Under the pieces are notes generated by a model. It saw only the letters and a list, made by a program, of their open reading frames with translations, was not told the origin of the DNA and did no database searches. Both the position numbers and the translations under genes were made by a program. Shown piece by piece: positions 48,253 through 58,421 of a DNA stretch of 64,000 nucleotides. Each line of letters opens with the position of its first letter. Positions within the stretch are counted from its first letter, which is position 1. This DNA is from a virus (lineage: Duplodnaviria; Caudoviricetes): positions 1-64,000 of IMG/VR virus record IMGVR_UViG_3300017791_000355. One strand, 5' to 3'.

Positions 48253-48680
48253 TGATCAAGCAAGAGACACGCTTCATCGAGGACATGCAGTTCACTTGCA
48301 CGCAGTTTGCCGCGATGCGGGCATTCACGATGCTTGGAAAGCTGGCGAAGACGATCGGTCCGGTGATCACAGTGCTTAGCGGTGTCGATCCGCAGACCGA
48401 CATCGTGACCATCGCACCGCAACTCGCGGATGCGATGAAGGACCTCGATCCCGACGCAACGACTGCACTGGCCGTCGAGATGCTGTCGAATACAACGGTG
48501 ACGCTGAACGGTCAGCCGATCCCGCTCAACTCCGAGACGAACATCAACCTCGCGTTCAGCGGCAAGTTGATGGTGATGTTCCGCGTGCTCGCGTTCGCGC
48601 TGGGAGTGAACTACGGGGATTTTTTCTCCGCGATCGGTCCAGCCGCCGCCCAGCAGCCGACCGCGGTCGCGAACGCGTAG
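48252..48680 (+). CDS. tail assembly chaperone (G); -1 frameshift would extend it to 48889 (GT)
   Basis: VNYGDFF end with slippery T-TTT-TTC at 48620-48626; -1 frame open. Confidence 0.8.
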   Translation: MIKQETRFIEDMQFTCTQFAAMRAFTMLGKLAKTIGPVITVLSGVDPQTDIVTIAPQLADAMKDLDPDATTALAVEMLSNTTVTLNGQPIPLNSETNINLAFSGKLMVMFRVLAFALGVNYGDFFSAIGPAAAQQPTAVANA

Positions 48681-48962
48681 CGCGACCTACTACCGAACTC
48701 CCAGAGCATATCCAGATCTGTCTGCCGTGCTTTCAGCTGGTGGAGACGCGTCGGATCACGTGGACGGAGGTCAGCACGTCGATGTCGATCACCGATGTCC
48801 TCGACGCGATCGACGCGTTGAACTTCATCATGGGGCAGAAGAACGCGGTCCGCGAGATGTCCGAGGACGAGTACGACGACCCGGAGTAGTGGTCCGGACT
48901 CCTAGTTGGGTCAAACTACAGCCCTGGACGGAGAACAGTCCAGAGAAGGGAAGACGAGCTAA

Positions 48963-50576
48963 GTGAAAGTCGCAGAGCTATTTGCCGTCTTCTCCGTGCG
49001 CCCCGACCTCTCCAGTCTGCGAGAGACCAACTCCGCGATCCGCGCGATCCGGAACTCAGTCCTCGGACTCGGCACGATCTTCGGCGCAGGCGCGCTGCTG
49101 AAGTCGATGCTCGGCTTCAACATGCGCGTCGAGGACGCGAAGAACTCAATCGCGGGCATGATCGCGCTCGTTCGCGGAACCACCGTCACCGACGAACTCC
49201 AGACCGCGAGCAAGCTCTACGACGACATCCGCCAGAAGGCGGCCGAACTCCCGGGCACGACCGAGGAGTACCTGCAGGTCCTGCAGAAGCTCACTCGTCC
49301 AGTGCTCGCTGCCGGCGGTTCTCTCGAGGATCTGAAGAAGATCACCATCGCGACCGCCGTCGCGGCGAAGGCCGGCGTCGGAGGCTCGACCATCAAGACC
49401 GCGACCACCGACGTCCTGCAAGGAATCGGCGGTCGCTTCGCGGTCAACGACTTCTTCCTGCAGGCCGTGCTTGGCAAGAAGTTCAAGGGCGAGGAGGGGC
49501 GGAAGCGTTTCCGCGGACTGTCCGAGAAGGACCGCTTCAAGACGCTCCTCGCGGAGCTCAATAACCCGGTCTTCGTCGAGCTCGCGAATCGCCAGGCCGA
49601 CAGCTTCTCGGGTCGACTCGACAAGGTCAAGGAGCAGCTCCTCCAGTTCCTCGGCCGCGTCGGGATCCCACTTTTCAAGGCACTCGGTAACGCCTTCGAG
49701 CGCGCGAACGTATGGTTGACGAACAACCAGGCGGCCGTGCAGAGGTTCGCGGACACGGTCGGCGGCGCGTTCGCGACGGCCTTCGGACTGATCTCCGACA
49801 TCATCAAGTTCTTCGTCGAGAACTCGCCCGAGGCGCAGTCCCTACTCTTCGGTCTGGGGGTCGCCGCCGCGTTCTTCGCGGCACGCATTGGGGTTGCGTG
49901 GCTCGCCGTCCTCGGCCCGGTAGGACGCATCGTCGCTGCGATCGCGCTCATCCACTACACCTTCAACCAGCTCAAGGACAAGATCGGCGAGCTCGGCGCC
50001 GCCCTGGTTGCCGCGTTCTCGATCTTCGCGGCGGCGCGGGTCGTGAAAATTGTCGGGGGAATCACCCAGGTCACCAAGGCCATGCTCGGTCTGCAGGTGG
50101 CGACGAAGGGCGTGGCAGCCGCGAACGCGCTCGCGGGAATCGGCGGAACGGCAGCTACCGCGGCATCCGCTGCGGGCGCGGCCATCAACGCGGGCGCGCT
50201 CGCAGGCGGACTCGGCCCGGCCGGTGCAGGCGCTGCTGGGGCAGGCGGGTTGTTCGGCAGGCTAGGTCTAGCGCTCGGTTCCATCGGCACTGTCCCGATT
50301 ATTGGAGCGGTGATCGGCACGGCCTACGCGCTGAGCGAGGTGACCGGCGGCGCGATGGACCTCGCGAGAGCGCTCGAGGTAGTTCGCGAGCAGGAAATCA
50401 ATCGTCGCTATGAGCAGGCTAAGGCCGCCGGCATCACGGTGACGACCGACGTCCACGTCAACGTCACGGGAATGATGAGCGGGGACACGCTCGTCGAGTT
50501 CCGTCGAGTCATCGAGGAAGAGGCGGAGAATCAGCTCCGTCACATCCAGGCAGCGGTCGCAGGAGGTACGCGCTAG
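48963..50576 (+). CDS. tape measure protein
   Basis: Position; Ala/Gly-rich helical with hydrophobic segments. Confidence 0.85.
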   Translation: MKVAELFAVFSVRPDLSSLRETNSAIRAIRNSVLGLGTIFGAGALLKSMLGFNMRVEDAKNSIAGMIALVRGTTVTDELQTASKLYDDIRQKAAELPGTTEEYLQVLQKLTRPVLAAGGSLEDLKKITIATAVAAKAGVGGSTIKTATTDVLQGIGGRFAVNDFFLQAVLGKKFKGEEGRKRFRGLSEKDRFKTLLAELNNPVFVELANRQADSFSGRLDKVKEQLLQFLGRVGIPLFKALGNAFERANVWLTNNQAAVQRFADTVGGAFATAFGLISDIIKFFVENSPEAQSLLFGLGVAAAFFAARIGVAWLAVLGPVGRIVAAIALIHYTFNQLKDKIGELGAALVAAFSIFAAARVVKIVGGITQVTKAMLGLQVATKGVAAANALAGIGGTAATAASAAGAAINAGALAGGLGPAGAGAAGAGGLFGRLGLALGSIGTVPIIGAVIGTAYALSEVTGGAMDLARALEVVREQEINRRYEQAKAAGITVTTDVHVNVTGMMSGDTLVEFRRVIEEEAENQLRHIQAAVAGGTR

Positions 50577-51484
50577 TGGCCGACCTCCCAACAGGCGCGT
50601 TCATCCCTCCCGGGACCTTCGTCATGATCGAGAAGGACGACGGGACCGCTCGTCTTCTGATCGACGTGTCGCTCACCGAGGAGCACTCGTTCGAGAGCGA
50701 GGTCACTGACTACCCTGTCGAGTCTGGCTCGACGATCAGCGACAACATTCGACCGAAGCCTATCACCGTGGGCTTCGAGGGCCTCGTCACCAACACACCC
50801 CTCGACCCGATGCGCGCGAATCGCGGGGACGATGACCAGGCAGCGAAGTCGGCGCAGACCGCGTACCAGTTCCTCCTCGACATCTACAACGGACGCGACC
50901 TCGTTACGGTCAGGACGTCGCTCGGCACCTTCAGGAAGATGGCGCTGACTTCACTGTCGCTCCCTCGCTCGAAGGACACCGGAGACGCGCTCAAGTTCAG
51001 CGCACGATTCCAGCAGCTGACGCTCGTCACGAACGCTCGGGTTCGGACCGCTCTTCGAAGCGGAGGTGGGGGGAAGAAGAACCTCGGCACGAAGCCGCTC
51101 ACTTTGAAGGACGAGAAGATCGTCGAGTGGCGCAAGGGCGTCGTCTACCTGACTCATGGCGCAGGCTTCGTGTACATCGGCGGGGCGCCGATCGTGCGCG
51201 AGTCCGAGACGGTCTACTGGATCCCGAACGTCTTCCCGTACGACTTCAAGCTACCGACGATCGGTTTCGACCCTGGTAGCCCGGACGGCATCTGGTTTCA
51301 CTCCGACAAGCAGACTCCGCTGACGCTCGAGGAGCGCCGACGCTTGATTCTCGACCTTCGCCGCGACATGCGCGGGCAACCGAGCGGTCAGATCAAGTTC
51401 GACGAGGCAGCCAAGAAGACCAAGAGCCCGATCGACGTGAACGCGACGAATCGGCGCCCTGGCTTTGAAGGATTCAAGCAGTAA
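50576..51484 (+). CDS. baseplate/tube initiator (Dit-like)
   Basis: EEHSFESEVTDYPVESGSTISDNI. Confidence 0.8.
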   Translation: MADLPTGAFIPPGTFVMIEKDDGTARLLIDVSLTEEHSFESEVTDYPVESGSTISDNIRPKPITVGFEGLVTNTPLDPMRANRGDDDQAAKSAQTAYQFLLDIYNGRDLVTVRTSLGTFRKMALTSLSLPRSKDTGDALKFSARFQQLTLVTNARVRTALRSGGGGKKNLGTKPLTLKDEKIVEWRKGVVYLTHGAGFVYIGGAPIVRESETVYWIPNVFPYDFKLPTIGFDPGSPDGIWFHSDKQTPLTLEERRRLILDLRRDMRGQPSGQIKFDEAAKKTKSPIDVNATNRRPGFEGFKQ

Positions 51485-51831
51485 TGGGTCCGGCCGTCAT
51501 CCCATTCATCCCGTCCGTTCCCGAGTACGACTTCGACTGCGTCATCGAAGACGACAGCTACAACTTCGACGTTCACTGGAACGAACACGACAAGGCCTGG
51601 TACTTCACGCTCTCGGAGACCGACGGCGACGTGATTGCCGAGGGACTCAAGATCACCGTCGGCTCGTACATCGGCCGGTACTCGACGCACAAGCTGTTCC
51701 AGCGAGGCGTGATCGCGACGATCGACACCTCCGGTCAGTACAAGGACCCGACGTTCGACAATCTCGGGACCACGGTCGAGGTCCGCTTCTACAAGATCGA
51801 GGACCTCATCGCCGAGAACTACGCGGTGTGA
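51484..51831 (+). CDS. baseplate plug-like protein
   Basis: HWNEHDKAWYFTL; gene order. Confidence 0.7.
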   Translation: MGPAVIPFIPSVPEYDFDCVIEDDSYNFDVHWNEHDKAWYFTLSETDGDVIAEGLKITVGSYIGRYSTHKLFQRGVIATIDTSGQYKDPTFDNLGTTVEVRFYKIEDLIAENYAV

Positions 51832-51834
51832 GTC

Positions 51835-52749
51835 GTGGCAGTTGACCCGATCACAGCTCGCATCCGAGCACTCAACCGCACCGCGGATCTGATCGTCTAT
51901 CGGGCTTCTACCCCGTCGACGGGAAACGACTTCTTCGTACAACGTCAGGGCGGTCCGGACGGCAAGACGACGAACGGCATCCAGATCACGAATCTCAGGA
52001 TGGAGTTCACCGTCCACCGGGATCTGTCGAAGCACCCGAATCGCTCGGACGTGAAGATCTACAATCTCGCCCCCGTTACTCGCGCCGCCGTCGAGACCAA
52101 GCCGCTCAGCGTCGACTTCACCGCCGGCTATGACGGGGTCAACCGACTCGTGGTCGCGGGCGACGTACTGTTCGCGATGTCTAAGCAGGAGGGTCCCAAC
52201 TGGGTGACCATGCTCCAGGTCGGCGACGGCGCGAGGGCGTTCGGTAACGCGCGCGTCACCCCGCGCTCCTATCCCGGCAGCACGAGCGTCAAGAGCATCG
52301 TTCGGGACATCGCCAAGAGCATGGGTCAGACGCTGCCGTTGAACATTGAGCAGTCTCGAACCCTCAACGCGCAGGTTCCGATCGGGTCTGTCATCTCGGG
52401 CCCGGCCCAGATCGAGCTCAGTCGCCTACTGGCCCCATATGGATTCGACTGGTCGTTCCAGAACGGTCGGCTGCAGATCTTGCGAGACACGGACGTCCGG
52501 ACCGACGTACTCCCGATCGGCGAGAAGTACGGGATGCTGGGTACCCCCGAGTTCGGGCAGCCCAAGAAGAACGGCAAGCCTCCCACGATGACGGTCAAGA
52601 ACCTCCTGTATCCCGAGCTCGTACCGGGTGGGCAGGTCGACCTCCAGACCACGACGATTCGGGGGCGCTTCAAGGTGGTCAAGGTGAAGCACAACGGCGA
52701 CACCCACGGTGATCAGTGGTTTACCGAGATCGAGATTAAGCCCTTGTAG
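51835..52749 (+). CDS. baseplate hub protein
   Basis: VKIYNL, AGY, WSFQNGRLQI, GDTHGDQW. Confidence 0.85.
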   Translation: MAVDPITARIRALNRTADLIVYRASTPSTGNDFFVQRQGGPDGKTTNGIQITNLRMEFTVHRDLSKHPNRSDVKIYNLAPVTRAAVETKPLSVDFTAGYDGVNRLVVAGDVLFAMSKQEGPNWVTMLQVGDGARAFGNARVTPRSYPGSTSVKSIVRDIAKSMGQTLPLNIEQSRTLNAQVPIGSVISGPAQIELSRLLAPYGFDWSFQNGRLQILRDTDVRTDVLPIGEKYGMLGTPEFGQPKKNGKPPTMTVKNLLYPELVPGGQVDLQTTTIRGRFKVVKVKHNGDTHGDQWFTEIEIKPL

Positions 52750-52827
52750 GTCCTGGCCGGTTTAGGCCAGGGGACAGCCCTGGACAGTGTCGGCACGACT
52801 CGTCCAGCGAGGTATCCTGCAACGACC

Positions 52828-53487
52828 GTGCCACTGCAGTCACCTACCTGGGCCGATGTCATCCAGGGCGCCATCGACGCGCGCCTGGGGGACGTCCACA
52901 CCGCGCTCCCTGGCCGCGTCGAGTCGTTCAACAAGACGACCCAGCGCGCGAGCGTGCAGGCCCTCGTGCGCCGCCCGTACTACGACGAGAACGGGGATCG
53001 ACAGACTGAGCGAATCCCGGTCTTCCAGGACGTGCCGGTGATGTTTCCCGGTAGCGGCAAGAACCGGATGACGACCCCCGTCAAGTCCGGGGACCTGGTG
53101 CTCCTCGTGTTCGCGAGCGCATCGCTGGACCTCGTGCTCAGCCAGGGCGTCGAGACGGATCCGAAGGACGATCGCCGTCACTCCCTGAGCGACGCGATCG
53201 CGATCCCAGGCTTCTACACGTTCACGTCTCTGCCGACCACGGCCCCTGACGATGCCGTCGTCATCCACGCGGAGGACGAGGTCCGACTCGGTGGTCCGGG
53301 CGCCAACAAGGCGCTCACGCGAGCGACCGACGTCGAGAACGCGATCAAGGGACTATTCAGTGACACCGCCTTCCTCGCCGCACTCGCGGCGATTCCGGTC
53401 AACGGTACCGCCCCAGTAACCGCAGCTGTCAACGCGTACTTCGTCGCGCACCCTGCTAGCGGCGCACCTAAGGTGAAGGCCGAGTAG
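52828..53487 (+). CDS. baseplate spike (Gp138-like)
   Basis: HTALPGRVESF, DVPVMFP, RRHSLSDAIAIPG. Confidence 0.88.
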   Translation: MPLQSPTWADVIQGAIDARLGDVHTALPGRVESFNKTTQRASVQALVRRPYYDENGDRQTERIPVFQDVPVMFPGSGKNRMTTPVKSGDLVLLVFASASLDLVLSQGVETDPKDDRRHSLSDAIAIPGFYTFTSLPTTAPDDAVVIHAEDEVRLGGPGANKALTRATDVENAIKGLFSDTAFLAALAAIPVNGTAPVTAAVNAYFVAHPASGAPKVKAE

Positions 53488-53879
53488 TGGCGCTACCTCT
53501 CGTAGACGAGCCGCGCGACTTGCTGCTCGATGCAGACGGCGACCTGGTCATCACGACGGATCTGCAATGGACGTACGGGATCGACGCGGTTGTTCAGAGC
53601 TGTCGAATCGCGCTCCAGATGTTTCAGGGCGAGTGGTTCCTCGACCTCGACGCAGGCATCCCGTACTGGGACCAAATCCTCGGGCAGAAGCCGGCGATCG
53701 CGATCGCCGTGGCGCGCGATGAGTTTCGTCGCGAGCTCCTGACAGTCAGCGGCGTCCTCGAGGTCATTCGTCTCGACGTCACGTTCAACGGCGCGACTCG
53801 AGCTCTGACCGTGGTCTGGCAGGTCAGGACCGCTCTCGGGGAGACCCCGGTCGACACGTTGGACTTGGAGGTCGCATGA
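53487..53879 (+). CDS. baseplate wedge/sheath initiator
   Basis: FQGEWFLDLDAGIPY. Confidence 0.85.
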   Translation: MALPLVDEPRDLLLDADGDLVITTDLQWTYGIDAVVQSCRIALQMFQGEWFLDLDAGIPYWDQILGQKPAIAIAVARDEFRRELLTVSGVLEVIRLDVTFNGATRALTVVWQVRTALGETPVDTLDLEVA

Positions 53880-55390
53880 GCTTCGGCCTCACAGACAACG
53901 GACTCGTCATCCCCAGCCTCGACACCATTCGCGAGGCGCTCAACACGAATCTTCGAAACGTCTTCGGCACGTCGATCGATCTCGGGGACAAGAGCATCCT
54001 CGGCCAGATCACGGGAATCCTCGCCGAGAGACTCCACGCGTTGTGGGAGAAGCTCGAGGCGGTCAACTCGTCTCAGGATCCGGACAAGGCGACTGGCGCA
54101 AGTCTCGAGGCGATCAGCGCGCTCACCGGCACGTTCCGCCCTGCCTCGACTTTCTCGACCGTCGTCCTCACCTTGACCGGGACAGCGCTCACCTTGGTCG
54201 CGGCCGGGAACAAGGCGAAGACCACGAGCACCCAGAAGTCGTTCGTCACGCTCGACGACGCGACGATCACGGCGTTGACCGCATGGGCCAACACGACCGC
54301 GTACGCACTCGGCGATCGCAGGTCGAACGCTTCCCGCTCGTACCAGTGCATCACGCCTGGCACCTCGGCTGGTTCCGGCGGACCGACCACGACCGCGTCG
54401 GACATCACCGACGGTACGGTTCACTGGACGTACCTGGGTGAGGGTACCGCGGCCATCGACGTCAACGCGCGCGCCGAGGAGAGCGGTCCGGTAACGGCGT
54501 TCGCTCGCGACATCGATGCCATCGAGTCCGCCGTCGGAGGTTGGAGCTCGGTCATCAACCTCCTCGATGCTACCCCCGGTCGAGACCGTGGAGAGGACGG
54601 CGAACTGCGACTGCTTCGCGAGCAGGAACTGGCCGCAGGTGGCAACACGACCATCAACGCGATGCGCGCGGAGCTTCTCGACATTGAGGACGTCGTGTCG
54701 GTGACCATCTTCGCGAACAACACCGACGTAACTGATGCGGACGGAGTCCCGCCACACTCGGTCGAGCCGGTGATTCGCATCCCAGTCGGAGCTGACGAGG
54801 ATCAGGCCGTGTTCGACGTGCTTTTGGACGCCGCGTCCGCGGGTATCCGAACCCACGGGGTCACCGTCGGTACGGCGACCGACGACGCCGGCACGGCGCA
54901 GACCATGAAGTTCACGCGACCGACCGAGATCCCGATCTACGTGGCGCTGATGCTACTCGTCGATGCCGCGACGTATCCGTCCGACGGGAACACCGAGGTC
55001 AAGGAGGCGATCGTCGAGTGGGGCGACCTCCAGACCACCGGTAAGAACGCGGTCCCCTCCGGCGTCGCGGCGCAGGCGTTCCGAGTCACCGGAGTGCTGG
55101 AGGTCGTCGCCGTGGGAATCGATACCGCGACGCTCGCGGCGCCGACCACGTGGCTCCCGAGCACGGCCTACGTCACCGGCAACGTAGTCGCGAACGGTGA
55201 CCGCATGTACGAGTGCATCACCAACGGCACCAGCGCGAGCTCGGGAGGACCAACCACGACCGCGTCGGACATCACCGACAACACAGCGCACTGGAAGTAC
55301 GTCGGTAACACCATCCCGATCTCCCTTCGCCAACTCGCGACGTTCGACACCTCGCGCATCAACATCACGAGCACCAGCTCGACACCGTGA
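53876..55390 (+). CDS. baseplate J-like protein with two CBM5/12-like inserts
   Basis: DPDKATGASLE, GRDRGEDGELR, GVPPHSVE, AGIRTHG. Confidence 0.9.
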   Translation: MSFGLTDNGLVIPSLDTIREALNTNLRNVFGTSIDLGDKSILGQITGILAERLHALWEKLEAVNSSQDPDKATGASLEAISALTGTFRPASTFSTVVLTLTGTALTLVAAGNKAKTTSTQKSFVTLDDATITALTAWANTTAYALGDRRSNASRSYQCITPGTSAGSGGPTTTASDITDGTVHWTYLGEGTAAIDVNARAEESGPVTAFARDIDAIESAVGGWSSVINLLDATPGRDRGEDGELRLLREQELAAGGNTTINAMRAELLDIEDVVSVTIFANNTDVTDADGVPPHSVEPVIRIPVGADEDQAVFDVLLDAASAGIRTHGVTVGTATDDAGTAQTMKFTRPTEIPIYVALMLLVDAATYPSDGNTEVKEAIVEWGDLQTTGKNAVPSGVAAQAFRVTGVLEVVAVGIDTATLAAPTTWLPSTAYVTGNVVANGDRMYECITNGTSASSGGPTTTASDITDNTAHWKYVGNTIPISLRQLATFDTSRINITSTSSTP

Positions 55391-55398
55391 GGTAGCGC

Positions 55399-55767
55399 GT
55401 GGCTCTCCCGACTCGAGCTCAGATTCGCACGACGATCTTGGCCTGGTGGCAGGCACCAGGACGGCCGCGCCTCGCGCGGTTGCGCGCGCTGTTGGCCGCG
55501 ATGATCAACACGAACGTCGATCCTGGAGTCGGGATTCAGGTCGGCATCGTCAACCTCCCCCCGCTCACGTTGGTGATTCGCGCAACGCAGACCGACGTCG
55601 ACGGGAACCAGACCGTGCTCAACACGCTGACGTACGACGCCACCGACATCCCACCCAACGCGCAGAACATCGACTTCGACGACATCATCGACGACGACAC
55701 AGGCAAGCTCACGCGTCGCCAGCGGGCCAACAACCAGAACTCGCAGAGTCAGAGGGTGGGTAACTAG
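55399..55767 (+). CDS. hypothetical protein
   Basis: GAGG RBS; coupled to next gene. Confidence 0.6.
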   Translation: MALPTRAQIRTTILAWWQAPGRPRLARLRALLAAMINTNVDPGVGIQVGIVNLPPLTLVIRATQTDVDGNQTVLNTLTYDATDIPPNAQNIDFDDIIDDDTGKLTRRQRANNQNSQSQRVGN

Positions 55768-58421
55768 TGGCGAACGACGCGCAGCGAACCACGCGGTGGG
55801 CGTTCCCAATGCGGACGAGCACGCTCGCGACGAACACGACGCTGGGGACGGCGACGCGTCACGATTTCGCCGCCGAGACGATCTACGTCCCGGAGACGAC
55901 GCGCTCGTTCGCCAAGGCGAACGGAGGTCGCGTCATGGTGCGCGTGTCCGCGCATCTCGCCCACAACGCGGCCACCGATCTCGACGGCGTACGCATCGGA
56001 ATCAAGATCAACGCGGTCGCGTTTGACGACCTCGACATCACGGTCGCGTTGGCGAACTCTGGAAACACGTGGCGTGTCGACATGACCCGCGACGTCACCG
56101 ACTACTTCGCAGCCAATGATCCCGGCACCGCGAGTTTCACGTGTCAGGTGGGAGTGGCGTTCGCCACCGGTGTCGCCGGTACGGTCACCGCGATCACCGC
56201 GGAACTCGTCACGACATACGCTTACGATTCAGCCGCGAGCACGTGGGCTGACACTGCGATCTTCCCGATCCAGTCCGGCCTGACCTCCCCGCCGAGCTCG
56301 GCCGGTTCGACGTGGACTGAGATGGGCGTCGACGGCACCGGCGCCGCGCCGACCAACCAGATTCGCAAGTTGACGGGAAGCGGAGGTGCCTTCGAGAACG
56401 TCACCGGATTTACGCTTCGAAAGCGGTTCCTGGTCGTGATGGCGAACTACAACTCGACCACCGTCAGCTTCCCGGTCGCGCTGCGCTACCAGATCGACGG
56501 CGCCGGCGCGACCGCGCTGTCGTGCTTCGGCGGCAACATCGGCGGCGCGGGCACCTCGAATCGCGTGTATGCGGTCGTGGACATCACCGCGCTCTCGGCG
56601 AGCGCAGCCCACAAACTGGAGTGGTCGGACGACATCGTGAACGGGTTCGAGCATCTCGGGTGTCTCGACGTCGTGACCTACGAGTACACCAAGCCGTCCG
56701 GGACAGACGTCTGCTTCGTGTCGATCCAGGTCCCTCTCGTGAATCACAACGGTGACAACACCGGAACCCCGGCTCGTCTCGCCACCACCGCCGACTGCGA
56801 TCGATGGTCTGCGATCTTCGACGTGCAGGAGGTGTCGCCGTCGATGGACCAATCGGGCATCGTGCTGTGGGACGGACACTTCGGCGGGGGTACCGACACG
56901 ATTCTCTCGGCTCCAAGTCAGACCGAGCGCACCTACGATCGTTCCACGGTCAGCGCGCGCGATAGCTGGAACGCCGTCGTTCACCGCTGCGATCACTCGA
57001 GTTCGAACTGGGCGGTGGCTCGTGGACGGAACGTCCTCTCAGTCGACGTCCGCACCAACTCGGTCAACACCTCGGTCGGTGAGTCGGCAGGAATCGCGTA
57101 CATCAACTACCGCTGCACGCGTCACCCGGGCGGCGCGCACAAGCACAACCGGACGCTGCTAGCCGCGCAGCTGCTCTCGTACACCGAGGGCGCGACTCCG
57201 ACCGCGACCCCGGACGAGCCCGTCATCATCCCGACCGACTACACGCTTTCTGGCGCGTACGCAGAGCAGTTGGTGTGGTTCAACCAGGCCGCCGTCGTTT
57301 GCGGTATCGGGGCCCAGCGCCAGAGCGCAGAGGACAACGGGAAGGGTTGGTACCGATCGGGGCTCGCCGGAAACAACAACATCTCCGAACTCGGCTCGAC
57401 GATCCTACCGCACCCGATGACCAAGTGGTTCCGCACTCGCACCTCGCTGGTTGACGGAGCCGATGTCGAGGTCGAGCGGAAGTGGCATCTCCACGCGAGC
57501 ACCGCGTCCGCGGGTCATCAGGCTTGGCTGTACCTCACGATGCACGCGTGTACGTTCGCGGTGTCCGGCACCGTCACCATCAACGGAGCCGCGGCCGCGA
57601 ACGGTAAGACGGTCAAGGTCTGGTCGGTCGACGCGAGCAACCGGGTCGAGTTCGTCGGTTCCACGACCACCGGCGGTGGCACCGGTGCGTTCTCGCTCAC
57701 GACCGCCCCGGACTCGGCGAAGACCTACTGGGCGTCGTACGTCGACGGGACAGACCTCGGACGTTCCGCCGACGGCACCGCCGGAACCAGTACGTTTGAC
57801 ATCGGAGTTGGCGCTGCGCCGACGCCGGACGTCATCATCACGAGCTTCCCGTCTGTGTCGACGACCTCCACGTCGGCGAGCTTCAGCTTCACTATCAGCA
57901 CCGGTTCCGCGGAGTTCAAGGTCGACGCGGGATCGTTTGCTCCGGCCACGTCCCCCATCAATCTGTCGAGTCTGTCGGTAGGCACCCACACGATCACGAT
58001 TCGCTCGACTACCGACACGTCGCACTCTCAGGCCTTCACGTGGGACGTGGTCAGCGGTTCGTCGGGTACCGACGTCATCATCACCGGCACCCCAGTGGTC
58101 AGCAGTGATAGCTCGTCCGCGACGTTCGCGTTCACGATCAGCTCTGGTTCGGCCGAGTACTCGCTCGACGGCGCCGCGTACGTCCCTGCCACGTCTCCGA
58201 TCACGCTCACGGGCCTCGCGGTCGGCGGACACAGCCTCACGATTCGCTCGACCACGACTCCGACTGCGCTGCAGTCGTTCTGGTGGACGGTCACCGGAAC
58301 CGACGTCGAGACCCTGGAACCGATCGAGGCACCCAGCAACTCCAGCGACCTGCCGCTCGTCGATCACGTGAGCGCGGGGCTCGCGCGCCTGTGTCAGCAA
58401 TTCAGAGGGGAAGATGGCTAA
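55767..58421 (+). CDS. large tail/baseplate appendage protein with two Ig-like repeats
   Basis: Ser/Thr-rich; DVIIT...TIRSTT twice. Confidence 0.7.
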   Translation: MANDAQRTTRWAFPMRTSTLATNTTLGTATRHDFAAETIYVPETTRSFAKANGGRVMVRVSAHLAHNAATDLDGVRIGIKINAVAFDDLDITVALANSGNTWRVDMTRDVTDYFAANDPGTASFTCQVGVAFATGVAGTVTAITAELVTTYAYDSAASTWADTAIFPIQSGLTSPPSSAGSTWTEMGVDGTGAAPTNQIRKLTGSGGAFENVTGFTLRKRFLVVMANYNSTTVSFPVALRYQIDGAGATALSCFGGNIGGAGTSNRVYAVVDITALSASAAHKLEWSDDIVNGFEHLGCLDVVTYEYTKPSGTDVCFVSIQVPLVNHNGDNTGTPARLATTADCDRWSAIFDVQEVSPSMDQSGIVLWDGHFGGGTDTILSAPSQTERTYDRSTVSARDSWNAVVHRCDHSSSNWAVARGRNVLSVDVRTNSVNTSVGESAGIAYINYRCTRHPGGAHKHNRTLLAAQLLSYTEGATPTATPDEPVIIPTDYTLSGAYAEQLVWFNQAAVVCGIGAQRQSAEDNGKGWYRSGLAGNNNISELGSTILPHPMTKWFRTRTSLVDGADVEVERKWHLHASTASAGHQAWLYLTMHACTFAVSGTVTINGAAAANGKTVKVWSVDASNRVEFVGSTTTGGGTGAFSLTTAPDSAKTYWASYVDGTDLGRSADGTAGTSTFDIGVGAAPTPDVIITSFPSVSTTSTSASFSFTISTGSAEFKVDAGSFAPATSPINLSSLSVGTHTITIRSTTDTSHSQAFTWDVVSGSSGTDVIITGTPVVSSDSSSATFAFTISSGSAEYSLDGAAYVPATSPITLTGLAVGGHSLTIRSTTTPTALQSFWWTVTGTDVETLEPIEAPSNSSDLPLVDHVSAGLARLCQQFRGEDG

